DNA of 23,893 bases from Thainema sp. (GTDB lineage: Bacteria; Cyanobacteriota; Cyanobacteriia; Phormidesmidales; Phormidesmidaceae), in assembly GCA_052168235.1 (NCBI GenBank), contig JBQLZK010000083.1, positions 1 through 23,893 on the forward strand, given 5' to 3'. Both the position numbers and the translations under genes were made by a program. The notes beneath the pieces were generated by a model. That model saw nothing but the letters and a program-made list of their open reading frames with translations, was not told where the DNA came from and did not search any database. Of the stretch, positions 9,238-18,203 are shown piece after piece (positions within the stretch are counted from its first letter, which is position 1; every line of letters begins with the position of its first letter).

Positions 9238-9989
9238 GCCAACACCTCAGACTTCACAGCGGCATGAGCCTCGCTAAACAAACGTCCCCACCCTTTGACG
9301 CGGGTCGGGTCAACCCCCGCCAACCGCAAGGACTGCCACACCACAATGGAGATCGTGTCGTAGATAGGAATACTTAATTCTTGCTCCAGTTCTGCCACTA
9401 CCGGAGCGGCAGCTAGATTGGTGCAGAAGGTGGTAATGACCTGGGGGTTGGCAGCAGCGACCTGGCGCACCAGGGTCCGAATCTGATCAGCACTCACCTC
9501 TGAGAAGGAGAAATTATCCTGCAGTTCCAGATGCTGCTCTGCGACACAGTCAAACCCCGCCTGGGCGTAGTTATGCATAATGCGCTGCTGCACCTCGGTA
9601 AGGTAGGGAGTCACCAGGCCAAAGCGAGTAAACTTTCGCTCGCGAAACTGCTCCTCCAGAGCCAATACCGAGGTGGTTGCTGGTATCCCGGTTTCTGCTG
9701 TAATTTGCCGACATAGTTCTCGGTCTGCATCAAACCCGAGCCAGCCTGCCGATGTGCCATTCCAGGCGATCACATCCACTTTTGCCGCCGCCAGCAACCG
9801 GGCCGCCGCCAGCAGCGCCTCTAAGTCAAATTGACCTAAAGCTTCTTCACTTAATGCAATCTCGGTGACCGAAAACCGACTGAAATGGGCTGACACCTCT
9901 GGCAAATCCGCCAGCAGGGCGGTCGTTACAGGCTCCAACACAGTATTGGAGGATGGGGTCAACATCCCAAGCAGAATCCGTTTCGTCAT
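9234..9989 (-). CDS. Maleate cis-trans isomerase / arylmalonate decarboxylase family protein (Asp/Glu racemase superfamily)
   Basis: GMLTPSSNTVLE, VDVIAWNGTSAG (Gly78), LVTPY, TTFCTNL (Cys189). Confidence 0.85.
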   Translation of the reverse strand: MTKRILLGMLTPSSNTVLEPVTTALLADLPEVSAHFSRFSVTEIALSEEALGQFDLEALLAAARLLAAAKVDVIAWNGTSAGWLGFDADRELCRQITAETGIPATTSVLALEEQFRERKFTRFGLVTPYLTEVQQRIMHNYAQAGFDCVAEQHLELQDNFSFSEVSADQIRTLVRQVAAANPQVITTFCTNLAAAPVVAELEQELSIPIYDTISIVVWQSLRLAGVDPTRVKGWGRLFSEAHAAVKSEVLA

Positions 9990-10026
9990 GCCAGGTGCCG
10001 TTCAATAAAGATGATTTTCGCCCATT

Positions 10027-10068
10027 ACTGTATACAGAGCGAATGACAGAAAAAGTATGCAAGGCTAC
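10027..10068 (-). promoter_or_regulatory. Class II NtcA promoter P2 for the 9989-3642 operon, with the CTGTATACAG palindrome over the -10 box
   Basis: GTA-tgcaaggc-TAC at 10055-10068, 22 nt spacer, minus-strand -10 TACAGT at 10027-10032, palindrome at 10028-10037. Confidence 0.78.
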
Positions 10069-10126
10069 AAGTGTGATCTCTTTCTAAAGCAGAAATCGGT
10101 AGGAAAGGGAAAAACTTGCAGTCAAA

Positions 10127-10168
10127 GTAGCCTGTAATACTTTTAGCTTCATCTTTTTTGAATACAGT
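10127..10168 (+). promoter_or_regulatory. Class II NtcA promoter P3 for the 10341-15020 operon
   Basis: GTA-gcctgtaa-TAC at 10127-10140, 22 nt spacer, -10 TACAGT at 10163-10168 within the degenerate operator TGAATACAG. Confidence 0.75.
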
Positions 10169-10192
10169 CCAGTTAGAATTTCATCTTTTTTG
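10148..10192 (+). repeat. Direct repeat TTCATCTTTTTTG x2 flanking the P3 -10 box
   Basis: Copies at 10148-10160 and 10180-10192 (32 bp period); partial third copy TTCATCT at 10201. Confidence 0.6.
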
Positions 10193-10340
10193 CATAACTG
10201 TTCATCTCAAATCTACTGAGGGTGTGGGCGGAGATTGGAGACAGTTTCTGTCATGGCTCAAGCTAGCATGACGTTGCCCTGAGTCTGGGTGTCGCGGTCA
10301 TGTGTTCCGGTTAGAAGCAATCAATTCTGGGGTAAAGCTG

Positions 10341-11264
10341 ATGAAATATTTTCTGGGACGACGTCGATTTCTGGTGTATGGCGGGTTGGGACTCACCTCC
10401 AGCCTGTTATTGAAGGCTTGTGGCAATTCACCCCCCGCAGCCGATACGGCTGCTACAAACGACTCCTCAGAGGATGCAGCCACTAGCGTGACGCTGGACA
10501 AGATCCGCGAAACAGGTCGGCTGCGGGTCGGCTTAGATGGAGCCTATCCCCCTTTTGCGTCGCGAGAGGGTAATGAACTGGTAGGTTATGACATCGACCT
10601 AGGCAATATCATGGCCAAAAACTTAGGGGTCGAATTTGAACCGATGGATACTGATTGGTCCGGAGTTATTCCGTCCCTATTTAGCGGCAACTTTGATCTA
10701 ATTTTGGGCAGCATGAGCTACACCCCAGAACGGGTTGAGCGCGTCAGCTTCAGCATTCCCTACACGGAAGCTTCTCAGGCGGCGTTAATTCGGGCAGAAG
10801 ACGCCGATACGATCACCTCCATCAGTGACTTATCAGGAAAAAGCCTCGGCATCAAGTTGGGCTCTCCTGGAGAAACCCTGTCTGAAAAGTTGGATGCCCA
10901 GCTTAAAGAAGAAGCGGGTGGCGGCTTTAGCGAAGTGCGGATCTATGATGACCATCCGGCGGCCTATATTGCCCTGGCCCAGGGGCGAGTCGATGCGGTA
11001 CTCAATACCCTGGCTACCCTTTCCATCGTGCTGCGGGATCAACCCGATACCTACACCATTGTGCGGGATGTCGGTTCCCAAAACTGGGCGGGTATAGCGG
11101 CTCGCCCGGAGGACACGGAACTGATTGAATTTGTCGATGATCAGCTGCGGACCCTGCAAGCTGATGGCACCCTGACTGAGCTTCAGGAGAAATGGTTTGG
11201 CTTCACCATGAAGCTGATCGATAAAAAGCCCGCCGTCCAGGACGGGGAACTGGTCTTTATCTAA
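10341..11264 (+). CDS. Polar amino-acid-type ABC substrate-binding lipoprotein (SBP family 3)
   Basis: GRRRFL signal and LLKAC lipobox; LRVGLDGAYPPF, GYDIDL, VSFSIPY, LQEKWFG. Start moved to ATG 10341. Confidence 0.9.
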   Translation: MKYFLGRRRFLVYGGLGLTSSLLLKACGNSPPAADTAATNDSSEDAATSVTLDKIRETGRLRVGLDGAYPPFASREGNELVGYDIDLGNIMAKNLGVEFEPMDTDWSGVIPSLFSGNFDLILGSMSYTPERVERVSFSIPYTEASQAALIRAEDADTITSISDLSGKSLGIKLGSPGETLSEKLDAQLKEEAGGGFSEVRIYDDHPAAYIALAQGRVDAVLNTLATLSIVLRDQPDTYTIVRDVGSQNWAGIAARPEDTELIEFVDDQLRTLQADGTLTELQEKWFGFTMKLIDKKPAVQDGELVFI

Positions 11265-11273
11265 GCGAAAACC

Positions 11274-11930
11274 ATGCTCAATCTAGAGTGGGACATCATT
11301 CGGCTGGCGCTTCCCCTCCTGGCCCAGGGTTTGATTAATACCGTAGAAATCGTCGCTGTCGCTATCGTTCTGGGCACCGTTTTTGGGTTTTTATTAGGTT
11401 TGATTGCCGTCAGTCAGGACAACGTTTTGCGGTGGTTAGTGGCCGCCTATGTAGACTTTGTGCGGGGAACTCCCCTGCTGATTCAGATCTTCTTGGTGTA
11501 TTTTGCTTTGCCAGCTTTGGGAGTCAGTATCAATGAGTATTGGGCGGGGGTGTTAGCGCTCAGTTTCAATGCCGCAGGGTTTATTGCCGAGATTGTTAGA
11601 GCCGGGCTGGAGTCTATCGATATTGGGCAGACAGAGGCGGCGAAATCGATTGGTATGGTGCCGAACAATATCTTGTTGTTCATCCTGCTACCCCAGATCT
11701 ATCGACCGGTTTTACCAGCTCTCACGAATGAATTGATCACCTTGGTCAAAGGGTCTTCGCTGCTTTCAGCAATTTCTGTGTACGAACTGACCCAAGCCGG
11801 GCAGGCGGTGATTTCTCGCCATTTTGTTCCCTTTGAAATTTATGCCCTGCTGGCTCTTTACTACTACGTTTTGATCTCGCTGTTGTCCTGGTTTTCTCGA
11901 TGGGTAGAACGCAAAGTCTTGGCCTACTAA
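11274..11930 (+). CDS. Polar amino-acid ABC permease (HisM/GlnP type)
   Basis: [43 protein letters not shown]. Confidence 0.92.
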   Translation: MLNLEWDIIRLALPLLAQGLINTVEIVAVAIVLGTVFGFLLGLIAVSQDNVLRWLVAAYVDFVRGTPLLIQIFLVYFALPALGVSINEYWAGVLALSFNAAGFIAEIVRAGLESIDIGQTEAAKSIGMVPNNILLFILLPQIYRPVLPALTNELITLVKGSSLLSAISVYELTQAGQAVISRHFVPFEIYALLALYYYVLISLLSWFSRWVERKVLAY

Positions 11931-12739
11931 TGTCTTCTCCATCTGATGCAATCACGCCTGCACCAACCGTCCTCACGGTCGAGTCTGTCTCGAAGCATTA
12001 CGGCAAATTTCAAGTCTTAAAAGACTGTTCCTTTACCGTTAATCATGGGGAGGCGGTGGTCATCATTGGCCCTTCGGGGAGTGGTAAAACCACTCTGCTG
12101 CGCTGCCTGAATTTCCTGGAGGAACCCAGTTCAGGCACGATTACCCTGAAAGGGGAAACCTTGGGAGGTTCCTGGCAGTCTTCGGCTCAGGGACCTCCAC
12201 GCTGGGTGCCGCTTGCTGAAAAAGACTTGGCTCGTCAGCGACGGCGGATTGGGTTTGTATTTCAGCGGTTCAATTTGTTTGCTCACCTGACTGCCTTAGA
12301 CAATGTGGCGATCGGGCTACATAAGGTGAAAAAACTGCCGAAAAACCAGGCCCGTGACCAGGCCATGCGCCAGCTCGAACGGGTGTCGATGGCAGAGCAT
12401 GCCCATAAGCGACCCCACAAATTATCCGGGGGGCAGCAGCAGCGAGTGGCGATCGCTCGCAGTTTGGCCATGCAGCCCGACCTGATGCTGTTTGACGAAC
12501 CGACTTCGGCCCTCGACCCAGAACTGGTGAAAGAGGTGCTGGAGGTGATGAAGGAGCTTTCTCGCCAAGGCATGACGATGGTGGTCGTAACTCACGAAAT
12601 GGCGTTTGCCCGTCAGGTGGCTAATCAGGTGCTGTTTATGGATGGCGGCTGCATTCTAGAGCGAGGGAATCCGGAAGCGGTCTTTAACACGCCACAAGTC
12701 GATCGCACTCAGAAATTCCTATCGCAACTGCTGGTATGA
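11930..12739 (+). CDS. Polar amino-acid ABC ATPase (GlnQ/HisP type)
   Basis: [48 protein letters not shown]. Start at the TAATG overlap, 11930. Confidence 0.93.
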   Translation: MSSPSDAITPAPTVLTVESVSKHYGKFQVLKDCSFTVNHGEAVVIIGPSGSGKTTLLRCLNFLEEPSSGTITLKGETLGGSWQSSAQGPPRWVPLAEKDLARQRRRIGFVFQRFNLFAHLTALDNVAIGLHKVKKLPKNQARDQAMRQLERVSMAEHAHKRPHKLSGGQQQRVAIARSLAMQPDLMLFDEPTSALDPELVKEVLEVMKELSRQGMTMVVVTHEMAFARQVANQVLFMDGGCILERGNPEAVFNTPQVDRTQKFLSQLLV

Positions 12740-12751
12740 GGGAACGACCCC

Positions 12752-14095
12752 ATGACAAGTCTCACCTTTGACCGGGTACTTACCGGGGCGATTGTGCTCA
12801 CGGCTGAACGGGATTCATCCCCGATTGAGAATGCTGTCCTGGGGATGATGGGCGATCGCATCACCTGGTTGGCCTCAGCAGTGGCAACTCCCCCCTACCA
12901 GGCCCGAGAAACCATCGACCTAACAGGCAGGGTCATCACGCCGGGATTTATCAATGTCCACACTCACACCATTCTCACGATGGTGCGAGGGGTGGCCGAG
13001 GATTTAGGCTTTGCTCCGGCCTATACTCCTGGCATTCCCCAGGGCTCTGACGTGACCCCCGAGGAAGCCTACGCCCTGGCTCGCCTGGGGGCATTGGAAG
13101 CCATGCTGTTCGGCTCTACCTTAATCAACGATACCTACGTCCATGCCGATGTCACCCTGCCAGCGATGGCGGAGCTGGGGTTACGGGTGTATGCCTGTAG
13201 TCGGATCCATGACGTGGACTTTACTCAGGTTTCGCAGGGGACTTTGACCTACGCCGATGAGATTGGCGATCTCACCCTGACGGCCGCCCTGGCTCTGGCC
13301 AACACCTGGCACGGTCAGGCAAATGGCCGAATCGGGGTGCAGCTTGCCGCCCATGCCCCAGATACCTGTACGCCGGGACTTTTACGCCGAGTCGCTGAGG
13401 CGAGTCAGGCGAAGGGATTACGAGTCAATACCCACCTGGCCCAGAGTCGGCTGGAGGTGGAGCGGGTCTACGAGCGGGATGGCATCAGTCCTGCCGCACT
13501 GCTTGAAGAGACGGGATTGCTGAACGAGCGGCTGACGGCAGCCCACTGCCTGTTCCTTGACGAGATCGATATTCAGCGGGTGGGGCAAGCGGGCATGACT
13601 GTGGCCCACATTCCTAAAGGCAACGCCACCGGGGGCACCATGGCTCCCACCCCTCAGCTCCGGCAGGCGGGGGCCAATCTCGCCCTGGGCACCGATAACA
13701 TGCACGCCGACATGGTAGAGGTGATGCGCTGGGCTCTGGCCGTTGCCCGCCTGCAGGAAGGCAAAGTTTCCGACCAGTGGCAGCCCCACCATGCGCTACA
13801 TATGGCTACCCTAGCGGGAGCTAAAGCCATGGGGCTGGAGGCTGACTTGGGTACGTTAGCAGTGGGTAAGAAGGCAGACCTGGTGGTGTTTAATTTCCAG
13901 CAGCCCCACCTCACGCCCTGCGTGAATCCTCTGGGCAATCTGATCCATACGGGCCAGGGGCGAGATGTGGAGTGGGTGTTTGTCGATGGCCAGGCCGTCG
14001 TGCGGCAGGGGCAAGCGACCCAGGTGGATGAAGCAGAAATACGAGCGGCGGCTAACCAAGCGGCCCAACAGTTATGGGAGCGCTGCCGTGGCTGA
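12752..14095 (+). CDS. Metal-dependent amidohydrolase (MTA/SAH deaminase-like), HxxQ variant
   Basis: PGFINVHTH, AAHAPDT, HLAQS, AAHC, ALGTDN, GTLAVGKKADLV. Confidence 0.9.
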   Translation: MTSLTFDRVLTGAIVLTAERDSSPIENAVLGMMGDRITWLASAVATPPYQARETIDLTGRVITPGFINVHTHTILTMVRGVAEDLGFAPAYTPGIPQGSDVTPEEAYALARLGALEAMLFGSTLINDTYVHADVTLPAMAELGLRVYACSRIHDVDFTQVSQGTLTYADEIGDLTLTAALALANTWHGQANGRIGVQLAAHAPDTCTPGLLRRVAEASQAKGLRVNTHLAQSRLEVERVYERDGISPAALLEETGLLNERLTAAHCLFLDEIDIQRVGQAGMTVAHIPKGNATGGTMAPTPQLRQAGANLALGTDNMHADMVEVMRWALAVARLQEGKVSDQWQPHHALHMATLAGAKAMGLEADLGTLAVGKKADLVVFNFQQPHLTPCVNPLGNLIHTGQGRDVEWVFVDGQAVVRQGQATQVDEAEIRAAANQAAQQLWERCRG

Positions 14096-15020
14096 TCGGC
14101 GCGACTTTTACGGCTATGGCTCCCATCCGCCCCATCCCCACTGGCCAGGGGAAGCCAGGGTGGCCGTCTCTCTGGTGCTGAACATTGAAGCGGGGGCAGA
14201 GCTCTCCATTGCGGATGGAGATGAAACCAACGAAGCCGTCTACGAAATTGTTCAACCTCTGGAAAACGTTCCCCATCTGGCCCTGGAATCTCACTTCGAG
14301 TTTGGGCACCGGGTCGGCATCTGGCGCATCTTAGATTTGTTTGATCACTACGGCGTGAAAGCGACGCTAAATGTGTCCTCCCGCTCTCTAGAGCGCTCCC
14401 CATGGATTGGCCAAGTAGCCCTCAAGCGGGGGCATGAGATTTGCTGTCATGGGTATCGCTGGGAGCATCTGGCGTATAAGAGCGAGGCAGAGGAACGGGC
14501 TGCGATCGCCACCGCCGTACAGGTGATCCAGTCCATCACTGGCTCACCACCTGTGGGCTGGCACACTAAAGCCCCTTCGACTCCCCGTACCCGCCGCTTA
14601 CTGCAGGAACAGGGCGGATTCCTTTACGACTCCGATGCCTACAACGATGAGCTCCCTTACACCATTCTCGTCAACGATCGCCCCCACATCGTTTTGCCCT
14701 ACAGCTTTGACACCAACGACATGCGCTTCACCGGCAGCGAAACCTTCCGCTTGGCGAATGATTTTTCTACTTATTTAATCGATAGCTTTAATTGGCTGTG
14801 GCAAGAGGGAGCCCGTACCCCCAAAATGATGACGATAGGGCTGCATCCCCGTATTATTGGTCGCCCCGGTCGGATTGGCGCGTTGCAAGCATTTTTGGCA
14901 CATCTGCAGCAGACCGAGTTCGTTTGGGTTGCCCGGCGAGACGAGATTGCTCTCCATTGGCAGGATCGGACAGCGGCAGGGGATATTCCAGTGCTTCCTA
15001 CACCTCTCTCAAACCTTTGA
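14088..15020 (+). CDS. Polysaccharide-deacetylase-fold hydrolase, PuuE allantoinase-like
   Basis: RDFYGYG...WPGEARVAVSLVLNIE, ESHFEFGHRVGIWR, HGYRW, YDSDAYNDELPY, PYSFDTNDMRF, MMTIGLHPRIIGRPGR, WVARRDEIALHW. Start moved to GTG 14088, overlapping the upstream stop. Confidence 0.85.
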   Translation: MADRRDFYGYGSHPPHPHWPGEARVAVSLVLNIEAGAELSIADGDETNEAVYEIVQPLENVPHLALESHFEFGHRVGIWRILDLFDHYGVKATLNVSSRSLERSPWIGQVALKRGHEICCHGYRWEHLAYKSEAEERAAIATAVQVIQSITGSPPVGWHTKAPSTPRTRRLLQEQGGFLYDSDAYNDELPYTILVNDRPHIVLPYSFDTNDMRFTGSETFRLANDFSTYLIDSFNWLWQEGARTPKMMTIGLHPRIIGRPGRIGALQAFLAHLQQTEFVWVARRDEIALHWQDRTAAGDIPVLPTPLSNL

Positions 15021-15031
15021 AGGCTTGAGAG
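15006..15031. other. Stem-loop at the convergent junction of two operons
   Basis: CTCTCAAACCT-TTGA-AGGCTTGAGAG: 11-bp stem, with one G-U pair on the minus strand. No downstream U-tract, so not a clear terminator. Confidence 0.3.
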
Positions 15032-15073
15032 GAGAAAAGACTTGTTGTGCAATATCGTGAAGTAAGAGGCAAG

Positions 15074-16489
15074 CTACTGTTTGGGCCATTGATGGCGGAA
15101 ATTCAGCGTTTCTTGTAAGAAATAAGCGAATTGAAGCAGTCTAGTTTCGCCATGGGGTGGCCCGATGAGCTGGAGCCCGATGGGCAGACCACTCTCCGTC
15201 CAACCGCAGGGAATCGATAGGGCTGGCAATCCGGTTAGGGAAACGGTGTAGGTGATGGTCAGGTAGTCGATGATGTTGCGAAGGGGAGTGTCATTGACCA
15301 TCAGAACCTCCGGTTGATCATGGGGAAAGGGCGGCACACAGGTGCTAACCGTGGCCAGAATGTCATAGGTCTCAAAAAACGTGAGAAAGTTGCGGAAGAG
15401 TTGGTCGCGCTGGGCCGAGGCCGTCAGAAAATCAAAGGCTGATAGATCCTTGCCTCGACCCACGTTCCAGCGAACGGTGTCGGTAAGCTGATCAAAATGC
15501 TTTTCGTAGTGGTGTTTTTGCTTGTACCACAGCAAAGCCGCTCGCATGGTTTCGAAGGCGGGCTGAGCCATGGAGCAGTCAGGATGGGCAGGAACAACTT
15601 GCTGACAGAGCGGAGTCACTTGTGCGATCGCCTGTTCAAACACCGTTTGCACCTCGGCATCAATGGCGGCAATGCCCAGATTGGGGCTAAAACCGACTCC
15701 GACTTTGTTCATAAGTTGGTCGAGGACTGAAGCTTCTAAAGTGGGGTGTGGACAGGGAGCCGAAATCGAGATCGGATCGTAGGCGTCCCAGCCCGCCATT
15801 ACCGAGAGCATCAGCGCGGCATCTTCGACAGTACGGGCTAGAATGCCGTCGGTATCGAGATAGTCCCACAAGAGGGGTTTGCGCGATCGGGGAATACGGT
15901 CAGCGGCGGGGCGGAGGCCCACCACGCCGCAAAAACTGGCAGGTGTTCTAATAGAGCCACCCATATCGGTTCCCTGGGCAAGGGCACACATGCCTGTGGC
16001 AACGGAAACCGCAGCTCCACCACTTGAGCCCCCCGAACTCCGCATTGGGTTGTAAGGATTCGCGGTGGGGCCATAGAGCGGGTTGTTCGCGTGGGCACCC
16101 AGACCAAATTCGGGGGTATTGGTTTTGCCGATGAGAATGCCCCCCGCTCGCTTCAGCCGTGCGATGCACAGCTCATCCTGGGTGGGTACCCAGTCCTGGT
16201 AAATCAGAGACCCCATCGTCGTGCGAACGCCCGCCGTCGGCGTCAGGTCTTTGGCCGAAAAGGGAATCCCTGCTAACGGACCGAGGGGTTTCCCTAAACT
16301 ACGGGTCTCATCAAGCTGCTGCGCCGCTGCTAAAGCTTGGTCAGCACAGACAGTGATAAACGCTTGTAGCTTGTCGTTAGTCTGCTCAATCATTTGCAAA
16401 CAGCTGTCGATAACCTCTGTGGCCCGCACTTCTTTCTGGACGAGCCCTTGCTGTAGCTCAGTGGCAGACCATTGATGAAGCGGTTTCAT
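15074..16489 (-). CDS. Amidase-signature family amidase
   Basis: GIPFSAKD (Lys), GKTNTPEFG, GGSSGG, GTDMGGSIRTPAS (Ser-cisSer-Lys triad). ATG 16489 chosen; the track extends the ORF to TTG 16546. Confidence 0.9.
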   Translation of the reverse strand: MKPLHQWSATELQQGLVQKEVRATEVIDSCLQMIEQTNDKLQAFITVCADQALAAAQQLDETRSLGKPLGPLAGIPFSAKDLTPTAGVRTTMGSLIYQDWVPTQDELCIARLKRAGGILIGKTNTPEFGLGAHANNPLYGPTANPYNPMRSSGGSSGGAAVSVATGMCALAQGTDMGGSIRTPASFCGVVGLRPAADRIPRSRKPLLWDYLDTDGILARTVEDAALMLSVMAGWDAYDPISISAPCPHPTLEASVLDQLMNKVGVGFSPNLGIAAIDAEVQTVFEQAIAQVTPLCQQVVPAHPDCSMAQPAFETMRAALLWYKQKHHYEKHFDQLTDTVRWNVGRGKDLSAFDFLTASAQRDQLFRNFLTFFETYDILATVSTCVPPFPHDQPEVLMVNDTPLRNIIDYLTITYTVSLTGLPALSIPCGWTESGLPIGLQLIGPPHGETRLLQFAYFLQETLNFRHQWPKQ

Positions 16490-16542
16490 AAGCCCACAGA
16501 TATCAACAACTGATCTCGGCGTTTCACTTGAGCCGGGTCGAC

Positions 16543-16812
16543 TCAAGGCAGCACCAAAGATTCCCAGACTATGGCTGAAATCGGGTCATAGTTCGGCACA
16601 CTGATTTGGACTTCTAAGGTGGCAACCTGGGGAGCGGTTCGCTGTTTGGTGCAGCCGATCGTGGTGGCCTGGGCAATTGCTTTGGTCCTGGTGGAAATCC
16701 CCGAGATAGCGTGCATGCGATCGCCCAATTGCTGACCATGCTCAAATTCTAACCAGCCTGCAGAAGTTTCATTCCACGCAATGACGTCAACCTGGGCATC
16801 GGTCAGTATTGC
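16543..16812 (-). pseudogene. Internally deleted remnant of a second maleate-isomerase/AMDase-family gene
   Basis: AQVDVIAWNETSAGWLEF and QATTIGCTKQRTAPQVATLE..VPNYDPISAIVWESL align with residues ~64-110 and ~183-221 of ORF 9234-9989. The N-terminus and about 72 central residues are missing. Confidence 0.8.
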
Positions 16813-16813
16813 G

Positions 16814-17302
16814 TTAGAAAACCCCATTGATATAAGCCTTCTGGGGCTCCTCAATAGGGGTAATGGTGTCGGGAATTACGACGAGGGTCAGGTGGTTGCG
16901 ATAAAACGCGGTGCCGAACTTTCCTTGTACTCGCAACCATTGATCGGCAGGGAAAGCATCGGCGGTGTCGGTGGCGATCGCTAGCCCCAGCGGTACCGTA
17001 TCCGCTAAACAACAGCGAATCATGCGCCGCGCTAGCACAAACTGATTGGGCATGGGCGGCAAAGGCCGATGGACAAAGCCGATGATATCGACCGGCTGAC
17101 CGGGAAAATCCTCTACAGGTTCGCGCACGGAAGTGATGAGTCGTCGCCACTGCAACACGTTGCGCCGAAGCGGATCGGGCTCCTCACCCGCAGGTTCGGC
17201 ATAAGACCAGATATCGATCGCGGGCTCATCCTGGGGTGGCTCTTTGCCCGTGACGAACTGAGTCAGGTTTTGCAGCAGCGGAAAGTTTTTCAACATCATC
17301 AC
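16814..17302 (-). CDS. DUF1980/TIGR03943 (YcgQ-like) C-terminal domain protein
   Basis: GQPVDIIGFV, FVLARRMIRCCLAD, DQWLRVQGKF, IEEPQKAY. No transmembrane N-terminus. Abuts the ATPase stop codon. Confidence 0.7.
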   Translation of the reverse strand: MMMLKNFPLLQNLTQFVTGKEPPQDEPAIDIWSYAEPAGEEPDPLRRNVLQWRRLITSVREPVEDFPGQPVDIIGFVHRPLPPMPNQFVLARRMIRCCLADTVPLGLAIATDTADAFPADQWLRVQGKFGTAFYRNHLTLVVIPDTITPIEEPQKAYINGVF

Positions 17303-18118
17303 CTAAATGCGCGTATCCAACATTTCGGCCAGTTCCTGCTCTTCAAAGGCGCGCACGACTTCTGAGCGCAGGTGATCGACGAACAGGTTGCGATGATATT
17401 CAAAGCCTTTGCTCATCATGTCGCGCGGGCGCTCCATATCGATGGGAATCATCTCCAGCACGCGACCAGGGTTAGCAGTGAGAATGAGGACGCGATCAGC
17501 CAGGTAAACCGCCTCGTCGATATGGTGCGTCACGAAGACCACCGTCTTGTTCGTCCCTTCCCACAGCTCTAGCAAGAATTTCTGCATTTGGTGCCGAGTT
17601 TGCACATCCAGAGCGGCGAAAGGCTCGTCCATCAGCAGGAGATCGGTGCCCAGACAAAGGGCACGGGCAATACAAGCGCGCTGTTGCATCCCCCCCGAGA
17701 GCTGATGGGGATAGCGTTTGGCAGACTTCAATAAGCCGACTTGCTGGAGATAATGCTTGGCGCGATCGGTCCGTTCCTTTTTGTTAACGCCCTGTAAATC
17801 AAGACCAAACGCCACATTATCCAGCACCGACAACCACGGAAACAACGAGGCTTGTTGAAAGATCATGGAGCGATCGGTTGAGGGGGCTGTAATGGGCTCA
17901 CCGTTATAGATCATGGCTCCAGAGGTTGGCATCTCGAGACCGGCCATCATGCTGAGCAACGTACTTTTACCGCAGCCACTAGGACCGATGATGACCAGAA
18001 ACTCGCCCGAGTTGACGGTAAAACTCACCTCATCAATCGCTAAGTTGGCATCTCCACTGTCTGGATTCCAAATTTTCGAGACGTGGTCGCAAATGAGTTG
18101 TCCCATAACGGTTTCCAT
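17303..18118 (-). CDS. NitT/TauT-family ABC ATPase
   Basis: GPSGCGKST, FQQASLFPW, LSGGMQQR, MDEPFAALD, VFVTHHIDEAVYLADR. Confidence 0.93.
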   Translation of the reverse strand: METVMGQLICDHVSKIWNPDSGDANLAIDEVSFTVNSGEFLVIIGPSGCGKSTLLSMMAGLEMPTSGAMIYNGEPITAPSTDRSMIFQQASLFPWLSVLDNVAFGLDLQGVNKKERTDRAKHYLQQVGLLKSAKRYPHQLSGGMQQRACIARALCLGTDLLLMDEPFAALDVQTRHQMQKFLLELWEGTNKTVVFVTHHIDEAVYLADRVLILTANPGRVLEMIPIDMERPRDMMSKGFEYHRNLFVDHLRSEVVRAFEEQELAEMLDTRI

Positions 18119-18203
18119 ATAATTTCTTCACTGTTGGGTCTTAGGAGGATGAAGGGATGGTTGATGGCCCCAATAATTGTGACCCCGAAGCTGCACTCCC
18201 GCT

